A stretch of DNA of 64,000 bases from an uncultured Gemmatimonadales bacterium (GTDB lineage Bacteria; Gemmatimonadota; Gemmatimonadetes; Longimicrobiales; RSA9): positions 544,001 to 608,000 of the forward strand of contig CAVUKA010000001.1 of assembly GCA_963741945.1 (NCBI GenBank), in the 5' to 3' direction. Positions 20,372 through 29,201 of this stretch are shown piece by piece. The position numbers and the translations under genes are program-made. Every line of letters starts with the position of its first letter. The first letter of the stretch is position 1. The notes below the pieces were generated by a model. The model saw only the letters and a list, made by a program, of their open reading frames with translations. It had not been told where the DNA came from and made no database searches.

Positions 20372-21952
20372 TCAGCTCCGGACCAGCACCGCGGTCCGGT
20401 CGTCGGGCGGGATGTCGACCCGACCGCCCGTGGCCCGCTCGAACACCTTGTCGAGGATCTCCTCGGGCTCGAGGCGTCGCAGCCCGACCACTTCCGCGAG
20501 GAGCGCCTGCTCACCACTGATCCCGGACTCCCCCGAGAACGCGTCGGACAGCCCGTCCGTGAACAGGACCAGCATGTCATCCCCGTTCCACGGCAGTCGG
20601 TCCTCGCCGTACTCCGGCAGCGTGGACGTGCCCAGCGGTGGACTGGTGGCCCCGAGGCGCTTCACGCTGCCGTCGCCCCGGACCACGAACGCATGCGGGT
20701 GCCCGGCGTTGCTGAACACCACCTCTCCGCGCCCTGGATCGACCACTGCGAAGAGGATGGTGAGGTACATCTCCGTGGTCTCCAGCTCATCGATCAGCGC
20801 CTGGTGGACCCGGCGCAGCGCTTCGCCTGGCGTGCTGGACTCCTGGGCGTAAATGGCGATGGCGCTCATGGTCAGCGCCATGATGAGCGCGGCGGAGAAC
20901 CCGTGGCTGGACACATCCCCGATGACGACGCCCAGGCGCCCGCCGGACATCTCGAACAGGTGGTACAGGTCGCCGCCCACGGATTCCGCCGGTGCGCAGC
21001 GCGCCGCCACGCGGGCCGTCTTCGCGAACTGGTGCGCATCGGGGAGCAGCTTGAGCTGGAGGTCGTGGGCCAGCTCGAGCTCCCGCTCGAAGCGCTCGCG
21101 ACGCAGGCTCTCGCGCACGATCCGCTGCGTCTCCAGCGCGGCGCCCACCTGGCTGGCGATGGCGGTGAGCAGCCGGAGGTCGCCCGCGCTGAAGCGGACA
21201 TCCGTGCGGCGGCCGACGAGCGTCACCACGCCCAGGGTGCGGCTCCCGCCGTCGGGCGGCGTGAAGTTCACCGGCACCGACAGGTACGGCTCCTCGCCAT
21301 GGGGCCGCGGCTCGCGCATGGTGCCACGCGGAAGGCGGTCACCCCGTTCCAGGTTGATCGACTGCCGCTCGCGGAACACGCGGGCAGTCACGGAGCGCTT
21401 GTCGTTGATGTCGATGGGGCCCTTCATCCCCTCGTCGCCCACCGCGGCCGTGAGCGTGAGGCGCGTATGGCCGCGGTCCACTACCCAGAGCGCTGCCCGG
21501 CGGGCGCCCATGACGTCCGCCACCTCCTCCAGGATGCGCGTGGTCGCTTCCTGCATGGACAGGAAGGAGGCCAGGATCTCGGAGATGGTGTACAGGAGGT
21601 TGATCTCCTCGTAGCGGTCGCTCAGCTCACGGGCGGCCGAGCGGGCCTCCGCTTCCTGGTTCAGGCTCTGCTCCAGCGCCGCGAGCACGAAATCCACGTC
21701 CCCCTCGGCGCCGGGCCCGACCACCTCCAGCTCGTAGTCCCGCCCGTCCACGCGCAGCGGCGTGCGCGTGGCGGTGGAAGGCGCGAGCTGCGTCCCCTCG
21801 CCCTCGCCCTCGGGATAGACGCGGAGCCATTCGCCAGCATCGAGCCGCCACAACCGGGCGACCGTACGGGGGTGCCCGCGCGCGTAGCGATCGAGCAGGT
21901 CGAACGTGGCGGCCGGGAGCCGGCGGGCGTCGGCCCGCAGGGTCCCGGTCAC
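20372..21952 (-). CDS. GAF domain + PP2C/SpoIIE protein phosphatase (RsbU-like)
   Basis: GAF region, then ELELAHDLQ, VGGDLY, GDVSSHG, NAGHP, FTDGL and DDRT; GTG start overlaps the upstream stop. Confidence 0.92.
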   Translation of the reverse strand: MTGTLRADARRLPAATFDLLDRYARGHPRTVARLWRLDAGEWLRVYPEGEGEGTQLAPSTATRTPLRVDGRDYELEVVGPGAEGDVDFVLAALEQSLNQEAEARSAARELSDRYEEINLLYTISEILASFLSMQEATTRILEEVADVMGARRAALWVVDRGHTRLTLTAAVGDEGMKGPIDINDKRSVTARVFRERQSINLERGDRLPRGTMREPRPHGEEPYLSVPVNFTPPDGGSRTLGVVTLVGRRTDVRFSAGDLRLLTAIASQVGAALETQRIVRESLRRERFERELELAHDLQLKLLPDAHQFAKTARVAARCAPAESVGGDLYHLFEMSGGRLGVVIGDVSSHGFSAALIMALTMSAIAIYAQESSTPGEALRRVHQALIDELETTEMYLTILFAVVDPGRGEVVFSNAGHPHAFVVRGDGSVKRLGATSPPLGTSTLPEYGEDRLPWNGDDMLVLFTDGLSDAFSGESGISGEQALLAEVVGLRRLEPEEILDKVFERATGGRVDIPPDDRTAVLVRS

Positions 21953-22386
21953 GCGCGCAGCTCCTGCTCGGGCCCCACCGGGTCGGCTTCGAGCACCATC
22001 TCGATGGAATTGCCCTGATCGTTGAACTCGACACGGTCCATGAGCTGCCGTATGAGGAAGACGCCCCGCCCACGGGCGCGCATCCGGTTGTGAGGGAGGG
22101 TGGGGTCCGGGAGCGTTTCCGGGTCGAAGCCGGTGCCCTCGTCGGTGACGCGGACGCGCACCACGCGCTCGGTGCACCAGCACTCCAGGACCACCCGCTT
22201 CGCGGGGTCCCGCGAGTTGCCGTACAGCATGGCGTTGGCCAGCGCCTCGGTCACGCCGACCCGGAGATTCAGCCGCAACCTCGATTCGTCGAAGCCGGCG
22301 GCCCGGCAGCGATCGAGCAGGTACTCTATGCTTCGCTCGATCGCCCCCAGGTCGTTCGGGAGCTCGAGGATGTGTCGGTCATCCAT
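21949..22386 (-). CDS. Anti-sigma factor / serine kinase (RsbW/SpoIIAB-like)
   Basis: EALANAMLYGN, VTDEGTGFD and GRGVFLIRQLMD. Confidence 0.92.
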   Translation of the reverse strand: MDDRHILELPNDLGAIERSIEYLLDRCRAAGFDESRLRLNLRVGVTEALANAMLYGNSRDPAKRVVLECWCTERVVRVRVTDEGTGFDPETLPDPTLPHNRMRARGRGVFLIRQLMDRVEFNDQGNSIEMVLEADPVGPEQELRA

Positions 22387-22461
22387 CCGCCCACCTCGTG
22401 TGCGCCGCAAGTCGGGGAAACCGCATCCATAGGATAACCGGCGTCCCGACGGCGAGGTAGG

Positions 22462-22794
22462 TCAGAACGATTCGAGCGCTTCCTCGCGGCTGTTCGTGAT
22501 GTGGAACAGCGTGTCCAGCTTCGTCAGCTCGAACAGCGTCCGGAGATCCTCGTTGAGGTTGGCCAGCCGGAGCTCGCCACCCTGCTCGCGGATCTTCTTC
22601 GACAGGCTCACGAGGACACCCAGCCCCGAGGAGTCGATGTAGCCGGTGCGGTCGAAATCGATCAGGAACTTCCGCTCTCCCTCCTCGAGCTCGTCCAGCA
22701 CCTTCTGCTTCAGCTCCTGTCGGTTTCCGACGATCAGCTGTCCCTCCACATCCAGGACGGTCACATCGTCCTGCCTGGTCACCTCGAAGCCCAT
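22462..22794 (-). CDS. STAS-domain anti-sigma antagonist (RsbV/SpoIIAA-like)
   Basis: YIDSSGLGVLV phospho-Ser motif; 110 aa; LFELTKLD. Confidence 0.95.
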   Translation of the reverse strand: MGFEVTRQDDVTVLDVEGQLIVGNRQELKQKVLDELEEGERKFLIDFDRTGYIDSSGLGVLVSLSKKIREQGGELRLANLNEDLRTLFELTKLDTLFHITNSREEALESF

Positions 22795-22854
22795 GCTCCC
22801 TCCGTTTTGGTGCGTTTCGGAACGGCCCCCGGGTGGGGCAAGAAAAGTGCCTTC

Positions 22855-23859
22855 TCAGCCGGAGGCCTGCAACGCCGTGATCCCGGCCACGGCCACGATG
22901 TCACCTGCGGACGCCCCTCGCGAGAGGTCGTTGCACGGCTTCGCGAGCCCCTGGAGCACGGGGCCGATCGCCTCCGCGCCAGCCAGCCGCTGTACCAGCT
23001 TGTAGGCCATGTTCCCGGCATCCAGGTCCGGGAACACCAGCACGTTGGCTCTCCCGGCCACGGGCGAGTCCGGCGCCTTGCCGGCCGCAATGGCCGGGAT
23101 CAGCGCCGCGTCCACCTGCAGCTCGCCGTCCGCCAGCACGTCCGGCTCCGCTTCCCGGAAGAGCGCGAACGCCTCGCGCACCTTGTCGACCCGCGCGTGC
23201 TCGGCGCTGCCGCGGGTGGAAAACGAGAGGAATGCGACGATGGGCTCGTCCCCCACGATCTTCCGCCTCGCTTCCACCGACGCCCGCGCGATGTCCGCGA
23301 GCTGACGGGCGTCGGGGTCAGGCACCACGGCGCCGTCGGTGAAGGAGAGCACCACTTCCTCCGTCGCATCCTTTCGGAACGGGCGGCAGACCATGTAGAA
23401 CGTGGACGAGACGATGGAGATGCCCGGCCGCAGGCCAACGCAGCGGATGGCGGCCCGGATCACGTCGCCCGTGGGGTGGTCGGCGCCGGCGACGGAGCCG
23501 TCCGCCTCCCCTTCCCGCACCATCATGGCTCCGAAGATCAGCGGGTCCCGCGCCCATTGCAGCGCGTCGGCCTCCGTCAGGCCGCGGTCCTTCCGCAGCT
23601 CCATCAGCCGCTCCACGTAGGCGGGGTAGCGCGCGTCCGCGCCCGGGTCACGAAGCTCGAAAGCATCCGGGTCCGCACCCCGCTCGGACAGGCCCCGCCG
23701 CATCTGCTCGAGCGGGCCGAGGATGATCGGCCGTACGCGCTCCTGCGCGCGCAGCTCGATGGCCGCTTCCAGCGTCCGGGGATCATGACCTTCCGGCAGG
23801 ACGATGCGGCGGTCGGCCGCCTTCGCCCGCTCCGCGATTCTATCCAGGAATCCGCTCAT
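22855..23859 (-). CDS. pta: Phosphate acetyltransferase
   Basis: [35 protein letters not shown] and [12 protein letters not shown]. Confidence 0.96.
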   Translation of the reverse strand: MSGFLDRIAERAKAADRRIVLPEGHDPRTLEAAIELRAQERVRPIILGPLEQMRRGLSERGADPDAFELRDPGADARYPAYVERLMELRKDRGLTEADALQWARDPLIFGAMMVREGEADGSVAGADHPTGDVIRAAIRCVGLRPGISIVSSTFYMVCRPFRKDATEEVVLSFTDGAVVPDPDARQLADIARASVEARRKIVGDEPIVAFLSFSTRGSAEHARVDKVREAFALFREAEPDVLADGELQVDAALIPAIAAGKAPDSPVAGRANVLVFPDLDAGNMAYKLVQRLAGAEAIGPVLQGLAKPCNDLSRGASAGDIVAVAGITALQASG

Positions 23860-24362
23860 TGCGATCTCAGCTTCTCTATCAGGCGCTCCCGGACCACCGG
23901 GGCCACGAACTGACTCACATCCCCGCCCAGGCTGGCGATCTCGCGCACCAGCGAGGCGGACAGAAAGGAGTAGCGGGCGTCGGGGGCCAGGAACAGGGTT
24001 TCGATCTCGGGATCCAGGTCCCGGTTCATCAACGCCATCTGGAACTCGTACTCGAAATCGGACACGGCCCGAAGGCCGCGCACGATGAGGCTCACGCCCC
24101 GTTCCCTGGCGAAGTCCACCAGCAGGCCGCTGAACGCGGCCGTCTCCACACGCGTCTCGTCTGCGAAGACCTCGTTGATGAGCGCCACGCGCTCATCAAC
24201 GGTGAACAGCCCCGTCTTGGGCTGCGTGGCCCGGTGCCCCACCGCCACGATCACCCGGTTGCAGAAGCGAAGGCTCCTGCGCACGATGTCCGCGTGCCCG
24301 TGGGTGATCGGGTCGAAGGAGCCCGGATAGATGGCCGTGGCGCAACCAGTGGAGTCGCTCAT
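23856..24362 (-). CDS. coaD: Phosphopantetheine adenylyltransferase
   Basis: [12 protein letters not shown] and [16 protein letters not shown]. Confidence 0.98.
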   Translation of the reverse strand: MSDSTGCATAIYPGSFDPITHGHADIVRRSLRFCNRVIVAVGHRATQPKTGLFTVDERVALINEVFADETRVETAAFSGLLVDFARERGVSLIVRGLRAVSDFEYEFQMALMNRDLDPEIETLFLAPDARYSFLSASLVREIASLGGDVSQFVAPVVRERLIEKLRSQ

Positions 24363-24886
24363 TCGCCGGCTCGGTAACGGGTGATCAGGGTATCGCCGTA
24401 GCGCCGCGTGTCCGCGTTCCCGTCGTCCGGGAGCGGGTCGGCCACGCCGTGCTCGATCCATAGAAAGTCCGCGAACGGGCGTCGCAGGAAAAGGTCGGCG
24501 AGGGCGCGGGCCTCACCGGAGCCGTACGGCGGGTCGGCCAGCACGATGTCGAACGCGCCCGCCTCCAGTCGCTCCGCGAACCCGATGGCATCGCCGCGCA
24601 CCACGTCCGTCATGGCCCCGGCGTCCAGCTTCGCGATGTTGGCGCGCAGCGTTCGGAGCGCGGGCCCGGACCTCTCGACGAAAGTGGCGGAGCGAGCCCC
24701 GCGCGAGAGCGCTTCCAGCCCCAGTCCGCCAGAGCCGGCGAACAGGTCGAGCACGCGGGCATCGGCAAGGACCGGCTGGACCATGTTCATCCACGCCTCC
24801 CGTACCCGGTCCCGGGTGGGGCGCGTCCGGTCGCCCGGCGGCGCCTGGATGGGGTGGCCACGCCAGCGCCCCGCGATGATGCGCAT
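24359..24886 (-). CDS. rsmD: 16S rRNA m2G966 methyltransferase
   Basis: MRIIAGRWRG, RPTRDRVRE, LDLFAGSGGLGLEALSRGA and DPPY. Confidence 0.96.
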   Translation of the reverse strand: MRIIAGRWRGHPIQAPPGDRTRPTRDRVREAWMNMVQPVLADARVLDLFAGSGGLGLEALSRGARSATFVERSGPALRTLRANIAKLDAGAMTDVVRGDAIGFAERLEAGAFDIVLADPPYGSGEARALADLFLRRPFADFLWIEHGVADPLPDDGNADTRRYGDTLITRYRAGE

Positions 24887-26622
24887 CAGCCGGCGGGCCT
24901 GAGGTCGACCACGCGTGCCTGCAGCCGCCGCCGCCCGTTCCAGCTGTCCTCCTGGAGCTGCGCCGCCACATCCATCGGCTCGCCGGATGCCGCCAGCGGG
25001 CCGTGGCTGGCCGCCATCCGGAAGGCGATGCCGGCCAGCGCCGCGGACCCGTCCACAAGACGGAGCTTGAGGTGCAGCCCTTCCGCCCCCACCGCCTTCA
25101 CGTCCGCCGCCCTGATCCCGCGGAACGCGAACACGGGGGTCGGGTTGCCCGCGCCGAACGGCCCCGCGTGAGCCAGGTAACGGACCAGCTCGGGTGTGAC
25201 ATCCGACAGTCGGAGCTCCAGGTCCACTCGCAGCTCCGGCACGGGCGCGTCGGGCAGGCGCCGCCGGCATTCCGCCTCGAACGCCTCCCGGAAGGCGCCG
25301 ATCCGCTCCGGCCGGATGTCGAAGCCGGCCGCGGCCGCGTGCCCGCCGAACCGCTCCAGGTGCTCACCGCACGACCGCACGGCGTCCAGAAGGTGGAAGC
25401 CGGGGATGGAGCGCGCGCTCCCCCGGGCGAGGCCGCCGTCGCCGGGAACGGCAATCAGGATCGTCGGCCGGTGATAGAGCTCCACCAGCCTCGATGCCAC
25501 GATGCCGATCACGCCCGCGTGCCAGCCGCCGCCATCCAGCACGATGGACCGGTCGCGGTCGGGATCGTAGAGCCCGTCCAGCCGCTCCCGCGCCTGTGCG
25601 ACCAGGGCCCTGTCCATGGACTGCCGGCGCGCGTTGGCCGACTCCAGCGCCTCCGCCAGCCTGCCCGCGCCGCTCCCGTCCGAGAGGAGCAGCTCCAGTC
25701 CCGTGGCCGCATCCTCGAGCCGCCCGATCGCGTTCAGGCGGGGACCCAGCCCGTGACTCAGGTGCCCCGCCGTGAGCGCTCTCTCCCGCAGCCCCGCCAC
25801 CTCCACCAGCGCTCGCAGACCCGGGCTCCGCGTCTGTTCCAGAACCCGCAGCCCGAACCGCGTCATCACACGGTTCTCCCCCGTCAGCGGCATCACGTCC
25901 GCCACCGTGGCCAGCGCCACCAGGTCGAGGAAATGATGGATTTCAGGGTCGGGAACGCCGTACGTCCGCGCCAGAGCCAGCCCCACCTTGAAGGCCACCC
26001 CCGTGCCGGACAGGTGCGGGTTCGCGTATTCCGAATCCGCGCGCCGCGGGTTCACCACCGCCACGGCCGCCGGCAATGTCTCAGCCGGCGTGTGATGGTC
26101 CGTGACGATCACGTCCATCCCCGCCCGCCCCGCCGCTTCCACCGCATCGTGCGCCACGGTCCCGCAGTCGCCCGTCAGGATCAGCCGCGCGTCGGATTCA
26201 ACCGCCCGCCGCACCCCCGCCGGGCCGAGGTCGTAGCCGTCCCGGGTCCGGTGCGGAACGAAGGGGACCACACGCGCGCCGAGACGCCGGAGCACCTGCG
26301 TGTACAGCGCCGCGGCGCACATGCCGTCGACATCGTAATCGCCGTGAACCAGGATCGTCTCGTGGCGGTCGATGGCGTCGCGGATCCGCTGGACTGCCGC
26401 GGCCACGTCCACCAGCGTGGCGGGGTCGTGGAGCTCGTCGAGGGAGGGGCGGAGGAAGGCCCGTGCGGCCGCGGGGTCGGCATGGCCGCGCGCCACCAGG
26501 AGGCGGCACAGGGGCTCGGGCAGGTGGAGATCCGCGGCGAGGCGGGTGGCGGCGACCGCGGCGCCAGCGGCCGGGGCACCGTCCAGGCGCCAGCGACGGG
26601 CGAGCGACGGGACCGTGGTCAT
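24886..26622 (-). CDS. recJ: Single-stranded DNA exonuclease RecJ
   Basis: HGDYDVDG, TDHH, ATVADVMPL, RGSARS and GGHAAAAG. Confidence 0.97.
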   Translation of the reverse strand: MTTVPSLARRWRLDGAPAAGAAVAATRLAADLHLPEPLCRLLVARGHADPAAARAFLRPSLDELHDPATLVDVAAAVQRIRDAIDRHETILVHGDYDVDGMCAAALYTQVLRRLGARVVPFVPHRTRDGYDLGPAGVRRAVESDARLILTGDCGTVAHDAVEAAGRAGMDVIVTDHHTPAETLPAAVAVVNPRRADSEYANPHLSGTGVAFKVGLALARTYGVPDPEIHHFLDLVALATVADVMPLTGENRVMTRFGLRVLEQTRSPGLRALVEVAGLRERALTAGHLSHGLGPRLNAIGRLEDAATGLELLLSDGSGAGRLAEALESANARRQSMDRALVAQARERLDGLYDPDRDRSIVLDGGGWHAGVIGIVASRLVELYHRPTILIAVPGDGGLARGSARSIPGFHLLDAVRSCGEHLERFGGHAAAAGFDIRPERIGAFREAFEAECRRRLPDAPVPELRVDLELRLSDVTPELVRYLAHAGPFGAGNPTPVFAFRGIRAADVKAVGAEGLHLKLRLVDGSAALAGIAFRMAASHGPLAASGEPMDVAAQLQEDSWNGRRRLQARVVDLRPAG

Positions 26623-26659
26623 GGGCGAAAGGGCCGGTGCTCGCCGGCCATCCGGGGGA

Positions 26660-27367
26660 TCAGTCCTCGGCGTAAAGGATCACGCCGCACGCCTCGCAGC
26701 GGTGGAGCGTCTCGGCGCGCCGAATCTCGTTCCGCTCCTGCAGTGGGACGAGGCTGAAGCAGTGGCCGCACGCACCATCGGGCGTCAGCCGCGCCAGCGC
26801 CACCGTGGTCTTGCCACCGCGGATCCGCTCGTACAGGCGGGCGACGTTGCCGTTCATGCGAAGCAGCTTGTTCTCACGCTGCTGCTCCAGCACCTCGAGC
26901 TGCTCCCGGGCCGCGTCCCGGCCTTCCAGCAGCTCCTGGCGACGAGGCGCGGCCTCCGCACGCGTCGCGTCCAGCTTCTTCTCCAGCTCGTCCAGCTTCA
27001 GCTCCGTGCGCCGCACCTGGTCCATCGCGTTCAGGGCGTCGTTCTCGTCCGCTTCGATCGCTCCACGGATCAGGTCCAGCTCCGCCCTGGCCGCGGCCTC
27101 TTCCCGCGCGTTGCGCACCCGATCCAGGTGGCTCTCGTACTTCTTCAGCTGGGCGTCCTTGTCCTCCGCACCACGCTCCAGCCGCCTCGCCTCCGCCTTC
27201 AGGTCGTCCAGCCGCTTCCGCAACGACGCCACTTCCTGCTCCGCCGCCACCACTGGCGCCTCCAGCGCCTCCAGCTCGGGCTCGAAGCGCTGCACCTGCT
27301 CGCGCGCTTCCTCCATCTTGAGGTCCAGCTCCTGCAACTCCAGCAGTGCCCGGTACGTCTCCTCCAT
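26660..27367 (-). CDS. Coiled-coil protein with C-terminal C4 zinc ribbon (DUF164 type)
   Basis: Long heptad coiled coil, YERIR, CGHC...CEACGVIL. Confidence 0.88.
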   Translation of the reverse strand: MEETYRALLELQELDLKMEEAREQVQRFEPELEALEAPVVAAEQEVASLRKRLDDLKAEARRLERGAEDKDAQLKKYESHLDRVRNAREEAAARAELDLIRGAIEADENDALNAMDQVRRTELKLDELEKKLDATRAEAAPRRQELLEGRDAAREQLEVLEQQRENKLLRMNGNVARLYERIRGGKTTVALARLTPDGACGHCFSLVPLQERNEIRRAETLHRCEACGVILYAED

Positions 27368-27404
27368 TCTCCTCCTCTTTCGTGTATGACCGCGTTCCGG
27401 ACCG

Positions 27405-29201
27405 TCAGCCGCCCCGCCGCCAGCGGTTCGACGATTTCGCGCCCAGGGACCGGATCTCGGCCGCCTTCTCGCTCAGCTTCTTCTTCAGCGCGGCCTTCTC
27501 CGCCAGCAACGCCCCCTGCTCCTCTCCGTCCGCCCGCGTGATCCGCTCCTGCAGCTCTTCCAGCCGGCGCAGCTGCGGCAGCAGCAGCAGCTCCTCGACC
27601 GCATCCCCGAACGCCTGGTCCGGATCCGTCCACTCCGTTCGGTCCGCCAGCAGCCGGTCCAGCAGAGACCGCGCTTCCCCGCTCGCCGTGAGCTCCGACA
27701 GATCCCGCTTGCCGGCAGCCGCGTTCCGGAGCAGCGCCTCGAACAGCTCGCGGTTCACCGCACTCCGGAACACGTCCGCCGTCAGCACGTCCACCACCTG
27801 CTCCAGTCGCTGCGGATCCCTGACCAGCAGCTGCAGCAGCAGCCGTTCCGCCCCATCGCGGACGGGGGCCGGCGCCCGCGTCTCCGCTCGCTGCGCCGCC
27901 GCCCGCCGCGGCGACGGGGAGGTGGCGTGGATCTCCCGCTCCAGCGTCTCCCTGCGCACCCCGGTCCGCTTCTCCACCCGGTCCAGGTAGATGTCGCGCA
28001 GCGTCGCATCCCGGGCGGCCCGCAGCGTGGGCAGAAGTCCGTCCAGCGCTTTCCGGACGCCGTCCACGTCCTCGAAGTAGCCCCGCTCCTCCAGGATCTG
28101 GAACTTCCGCTCCAGCAGGTCCACGGCGCCGTCCACGAACGGCGCGAGCGCCGCCGCGCCACCCTGCCGGACCACGGAGTCCGGGTCCTCGCCGGGCGGC
28201 AGCGTCACCACCATCGGGTGGCCGCCGGCGCGCAGCACCTCGTCGCCCGCCCGGAACGTGGCCCGGAGGCCGGCCGGGTCGCTGTCGTACAGCATCAGCA
28301 CCTGGCTGGCGTAGCGGGTGACCAGCTGCGCCTGCTCCGGCGTCATGGCCGTGCCCAGCGTGGCCAGCACGTTCTCAACTCCCCGCACAGCCAGCGAAAC
28401 GTAGTCCATGTATCCTTCCACGACCAGTGCCGCCGACTCCCGCCGGATCGCGGATTTCGACCAGTAGACGCCGTACAGCTCACGCCCCTTGTGATACAAC
28501 GGCGTCTCGGGTGAGTTCAGGTACTTCGGTCCCGGCGCATCACCGCCCAGGACGCGGCCGCCGAACGCGATCACGCGGCCGCGCACATCGGTGATGGGGA
28601 AGATGAGACGATCGCGCAGGCGGTCGTACGGCTCGGGGCTCCGCTCGCTCCGCTTCACCAGCCCGGCGGTCTCCAGCAGCTCGTCGTCGAAGCCGTGATG
28701 CGACGCCGCTTCACGGAGGGCGCGCCAGTCATCGGGCGCGTAGCCGAGCAGGAACCGCTCGGCCGCTTCCGTGCCGATCCCCCGCTGCTCCAGGTACCGC
28801 CTTGCCTTCTCGCCGACGTGCTCGTCTTCGAGCTGACGCCGGTAGAAGTCCGCGGCGTAGGCCACCACTTCCCGGTACATCCGGAGCGGGTCGTCCTCGG
28901 TTCGGCTCTCGGTGCGCGGGATCTCCACGCCCTCCCGCGCGGCCAGCTTCTCCACCGCCTCGTTGAAGCTCAGCCCGGCGTGCTTCATGAGGAAGGAGAA
29001 GACATCCCCGGCCTCGCCGCAGCCGAAGCACTTGTAGAATCCCTTGGCCGGCACCACGTAGAACGACGGCGTCTTCTCGTTGTGGAACGGGCAGAGCGCC
29101 TTGAAGTCCTTTCCCGCCCGCTTCAGCGAGACGTACTCGCCGATCACTTCGACGATGTCCGCGCGATCGCGGACCTCTTCCACCACCTGGTCGGGGATCA
29201 T
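27405..29201 (-). CDS. dnaG: DNA primase
   Basis: CPFHNEKTPSF...CFGC zinc-binding domain, FGGR, KYLNSPET, VEGYMD, YDSD and DPD TOPRIM motifs. Confidence 0.98.
   Translation of the reverse strand: MIPDQVVEEVRDRADIVEVIGEYVSLKRAGKDFKALCPFHNEKTPSFYVVPAKGFYKCFGCGEAGDVFSFLMKHAGLSFNEAVEKLAAREGVEIPRTESRTEDDPLRMYREVVAYAADFYRRQLEDEHVGEKARRYLEQRGIGTEAAERFLLGYAPDDWRALREAASHHGFDDELLETAGLVKRSERSPEPYDRLRDRLIFPITDVRGRVIAFGGRVLGGDAPGPKYLNSPETPLYHKGRELYGVYWSKSAIRRESAALVVEGYMDYVSLAVRGVENVLATLGTAMTPEQAQLVTRYASQVLMLYDSDPAGLRATFRAGDEVLRAGGHPMVVTLPPGEDPDSVVRQGGAAALAPFVDGAVDLLERKFQILEERGYFEDVDGVRKALDGLLPTLRAARDATLRDIYLDRVEKRTGVRRETLEREIHATSPSPRRAAAQRAETRAPAPVRDGAERLLLQLLVRDPQRLEQVVDVLTADVFRSAVNRELFEALLRNAAAGKRDLSELTASGEARSLLDRLLADRTEWTDPDQAFGDAVEELLLLPQLRRLEELQERITRADGEEQGALLAEKAALKKKLSEKAAEIRSLGAKSSNRWRRGG

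Noticed and set aside
20372-22794. Sporulation genes (SpoIIAA/AB/E-like here, SpoIID-like at 52.4-53.7 kb)
   Set aside because: These domain families are widespread. There is no sigF or spo0A here, and lnt, lolA and an OM barrel indicate a diderm with no other sign of sporulation.
26623-26659. rnpB or another ncRNA after the Zn-ribbon gene
   Set aside because: The gap is only 37 bp. No tRNA, rRNA, tmRNA or RNase P signatures were recognised anywhere in the window.
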